Assembly: GCA_949289125.1 (NCBI GenBank)
Contig: CASEME010000010.1
Span: 38,700-102,699, forward strand
From: an uncultured Eubacteriales bacterium
GTDB lineage: Bacteria > Bacillota > Clostridia > Christensenellales > CAG-314
Direction of reading: 5' to 3'
Length of the DNA: 64,000 nt
Under the pieces are notes generated by a model. The model did no database searches, was not told the DNA's origin, and saw only the letters and a program-made list of their open reading frames with translations. Position numbers and translations under genes: made by a program. This document shows, in pieces, positions 60,537 to 64,000 of the stretch. Position 1 is the stretch's first letter; every line of letters starts with the position of its first letter.

Positions 60537-62275
60537 AAAGCGCCTTAATAATCGGATAATAATGCTAAAAACGTGTGTTTCAAACAGTAAAAATGACGAA
60601 TTTTGGGTATATCATCTCTGAATTGTGTAGTAGGATAGTATATAAAAGACTAATTTGATACCTTTTATATAAGATCATAGACAGATAATTAGGTAAAAGC
60701 AAGTATTATTTGTACATAAGTACCTAATTTGCGCTAATGTGAACTTAAGTAATATACAAAATATTGTTTACATATAAAATTATCCTAATAAGTTGAAAGG
60801 CTGACCATATGTTATCTTTAACGCAGCGACATAAACGCATACAAATAAATTTAATTAACTTGTCATGGCTTTTTTGCGCGTATAAATGACTTGCAGTATA
60901 AGAGAAAATGTATTTTTCGTTTTATTGAATATTTACACTAAAGATCAGCATTGAGTAATAATAGCATGTCAAATAACAGGTCGCAAATATTGTTTAGTAT
61001 AAATATACTTAGGTCAAAGAATATTATAGTGCCACTTGCACGTTGACAGATAATTCTATTGAAAAATAGCAACTGTTAAAGCTAATTACAGTCTTTAATG
61101 TTAAAACCAAATTTACTTAATATATAAATAAGTTGGTGTCTTAAGATTAAGGGGCTTGTTGGCTTATTTATCAAGTAAGCCTATATTATAAGGAGTAATT
61201 GCCTGCGTTATATACGTTTAATCTTCTCAATATAATTGTTGCTGATATTTATTAGCTAAATATTCGTTTTGCGTTTAAAAACAGTATAATTAGCAGGCAT
61301 ACAAACTAATAATAGTGTGCAGTATTTGTTGTGCCTATCGATGTGCATAAAACTATAAGTAACAAGTATTGACTATATGTATCTACGTAATAGCAGCACA
61401 ATGTAAATAAGCCTATTCAATAGTTGAATATCTTTTGCCTGTTATAATAAACAAATTGTATAGCTAATGTATATTTTAGCAATTAAATAAAGTAGTAAAA
61501 AATGAACATATATTGCTAATAATATCAAAAAAAATATATATATTATCAATATAATATAGATATATTATATAAAATATTGTATTGTACTAAATAAAATAAT
61601 ATATTTGAAAAATAAACACTACTTAAATTATAGAGCAACTTAAATGCACCATGCAATTAGCTAAATAATAAGCATTAAATTGATAATATAAAAAGAATGC
61701 TTACTAAAATGTATTAACGTGGTAAGGTACGCTGATATAAAGATCAGCCATAAAATAACAACGTAAAACAAATTCAATATAACCATAATATAATAAGCTA
61801 ATTATCAAGCTTTAGTGAAGCATGCATTGCACCAATACTATCAGTAAAACCAAAGAAAAATAATTTATTACAAAAATGAAATTAGTCTAATGTAAAATTA
61901 CTATTCGATATAGTTCAGAAAATAACACAAAAAGCGAACAAAAACCAAGTAGTACAAATATAACCATAGCACTGTCATACACCATACTCGATAACATGCT
62001 TCTAATAAGGTCGTTTATTCAACTTAACTAAGTTTATCTAACCTACAGCTTTACAGGGCGGTATTGACAACATGTTAGAATGTATCAATATAATAAATAA
62101 CAAACTCAAATAGATAACAATCGCAAAATGCCTGTCTGTACAGCAGTTCATAAACTGCATAGCTATTGTTTACGGCAAAAGTCGTCAAAAAAAAGCCAAA
62201 ATATTTTTACCTAACTAATAAATTGCAATTCAAAGGTCAATACTTGTGTCAAATATGCAAATAGCGAGGTAAAAT

Positions 62276-62785
62276 ATGATAAGCACATCAGTCTTAAAAA
62301 ACTCAGACAAGGTGGAATTTGCAAAAGCAATAAAGCAAAAGGCGCAACAATGCAATGTTTTTATGTGTATAGGCACTCAAAAGGTAATAGCCGATAGTCT
62401 CGGGCCGCGCGTTGGTCAGATACTCAACGAAAACATGAAAACGCCGTTGTTTGTTTATGGGCTGGATAGTCTCAATATAACTGCCGAAAACCTTGTGGAC
62501 AGTTACAACTTTATAAAACAAATGCACCCAGATGAACAAATAATGGTAATAGACGCCGGCGTTGGAGAGGACGAACAAGTGGGCGAAGTGCAGTTAGTCA
62601 ACAACGGCATTGCTCCTGGCGCTGCAACGGACAAAAATTTGCCAATGGTAGGGGATATAAGCATAGTAGGCATAGTTGCCGAAAAAACCCTCAACGACTT
62701 TTATGTAACTTCAGAGGACAAAGCCTGTCTTGTTAACAAGTTAGCCAATTTTATTGCCGATTCAATTTTACTTTCCAAACAATAA
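62276..62785 (+). CDS. yyaC: Spore protease YyaC (DUF1256)
   Basis: CIGT....DSLGP.VG, VYG, A.NL, IDA, PGAA..K.LP.VGDISI.GIV. Usual position downstream of parB. Confidence 0.88.
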   Translation: MISTSVLKNSDKVEFAKAIKQKAQQCNVFMCIGTQKVIADSLGPRVGQILNENMKTPLFVYGLDSLNITAENLVDSYNFIKQMHPDEQIMVIDAGVGEDEQVGEVQLVNNGIAPGAATDKNLPMVGDISIVGIVAEKTLNDFYVTSEDKACLVNKLANFIADSILLSKQ

Positions 62786-63186
62786 AAGCAATGTTTGCAA
62801 TTTAAGATAAGTGCAAGACTTGCGTATATAATATATGATGTAGATAATCGCACAAGCATCTCATACAACAGCCGATAAAAAGACTCAAAGTGCCAATACA
62901 AAACGGTACACAATCGGCTATGTATAAGTAATTAAACAAACGGTATATTACGGTATATAAATAAAGAGCAATATAACCGTTGTATTGAAAAATTGTCAAT
63001 TTGTCATCACCACAATATGTGTGCACAAAATCTATCATAAGGGGCTAATATCTCTTAGGTGACAAACGCACACTATGTATGTTACAAATAAATTGACACA
63101 AACTGCTTAGTGTGGTAAACTACACTTTATATAAAAGGGCGTTGGCACAGGCAAAGCCGAGCAAATCGGCAGTAACAGAGAAATAG

Positions 63187-64000
<814 letters not shown>

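Noticed and set aside
60436-60621. 61-aa ORF MFHVKLK..VPRET..MFHMKQ
   Set aside because: It is the translation of the parS repeats and has no other coding evidence.

Overview
Origin-of-replication region of a low-GC Clostridia-like (Bacillota) chromosome. The taxon is inferred from gene content, not from a search. Left end: rpmE, a DUF1385-PrmC fusion and prfA. About 8.4-28.3 kb: a large catabolic locus tied together by three copies of a LacI-type palindrome (TGCAAWCGTTTGCA). It encodes a near-complete second set of amino-sugar and upper-glycolysis enzymes (NagA, two NagB, Pgi, Pfk, class II aldolase, TIM). By-eye comparison with family motifs shows catalytic residues kept but the C6/C3-phosphate-binding motifs remodelled. 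The locus also carries a NitT/TauT (sulfonate-type) ABC importer, TauE and EamA exporters, a PHP-type hydrolase and an atypical LarA-family protein. This is the best candidate for an undescribed pathway: a parallel glycolysis for a C6-sulfonated, sulfated or phosphonated (amino)sugar. Centre: dnaA and dnaN are divergent, with a B. subtilis-like unwinding module in front of dnaN, and a separate cluster of perfect DnaA boxes lies about 24 kb away. Right: a decayed islet at tRNA-Pro, a pseudogenised lipoprotein-Lgt-clostripain cassette, the rpmH-rnpA-yidD-yidC-jag-mnmE-mnmG-rsmG-parA-parB block, a 3.4 kb gene-free AT-rich tract centred on four parS sites, yyaC and the start of ftsH. No CRISPR array, rRNA or transposase was seen. 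All motif comparisons are by eye and no database searches were run.
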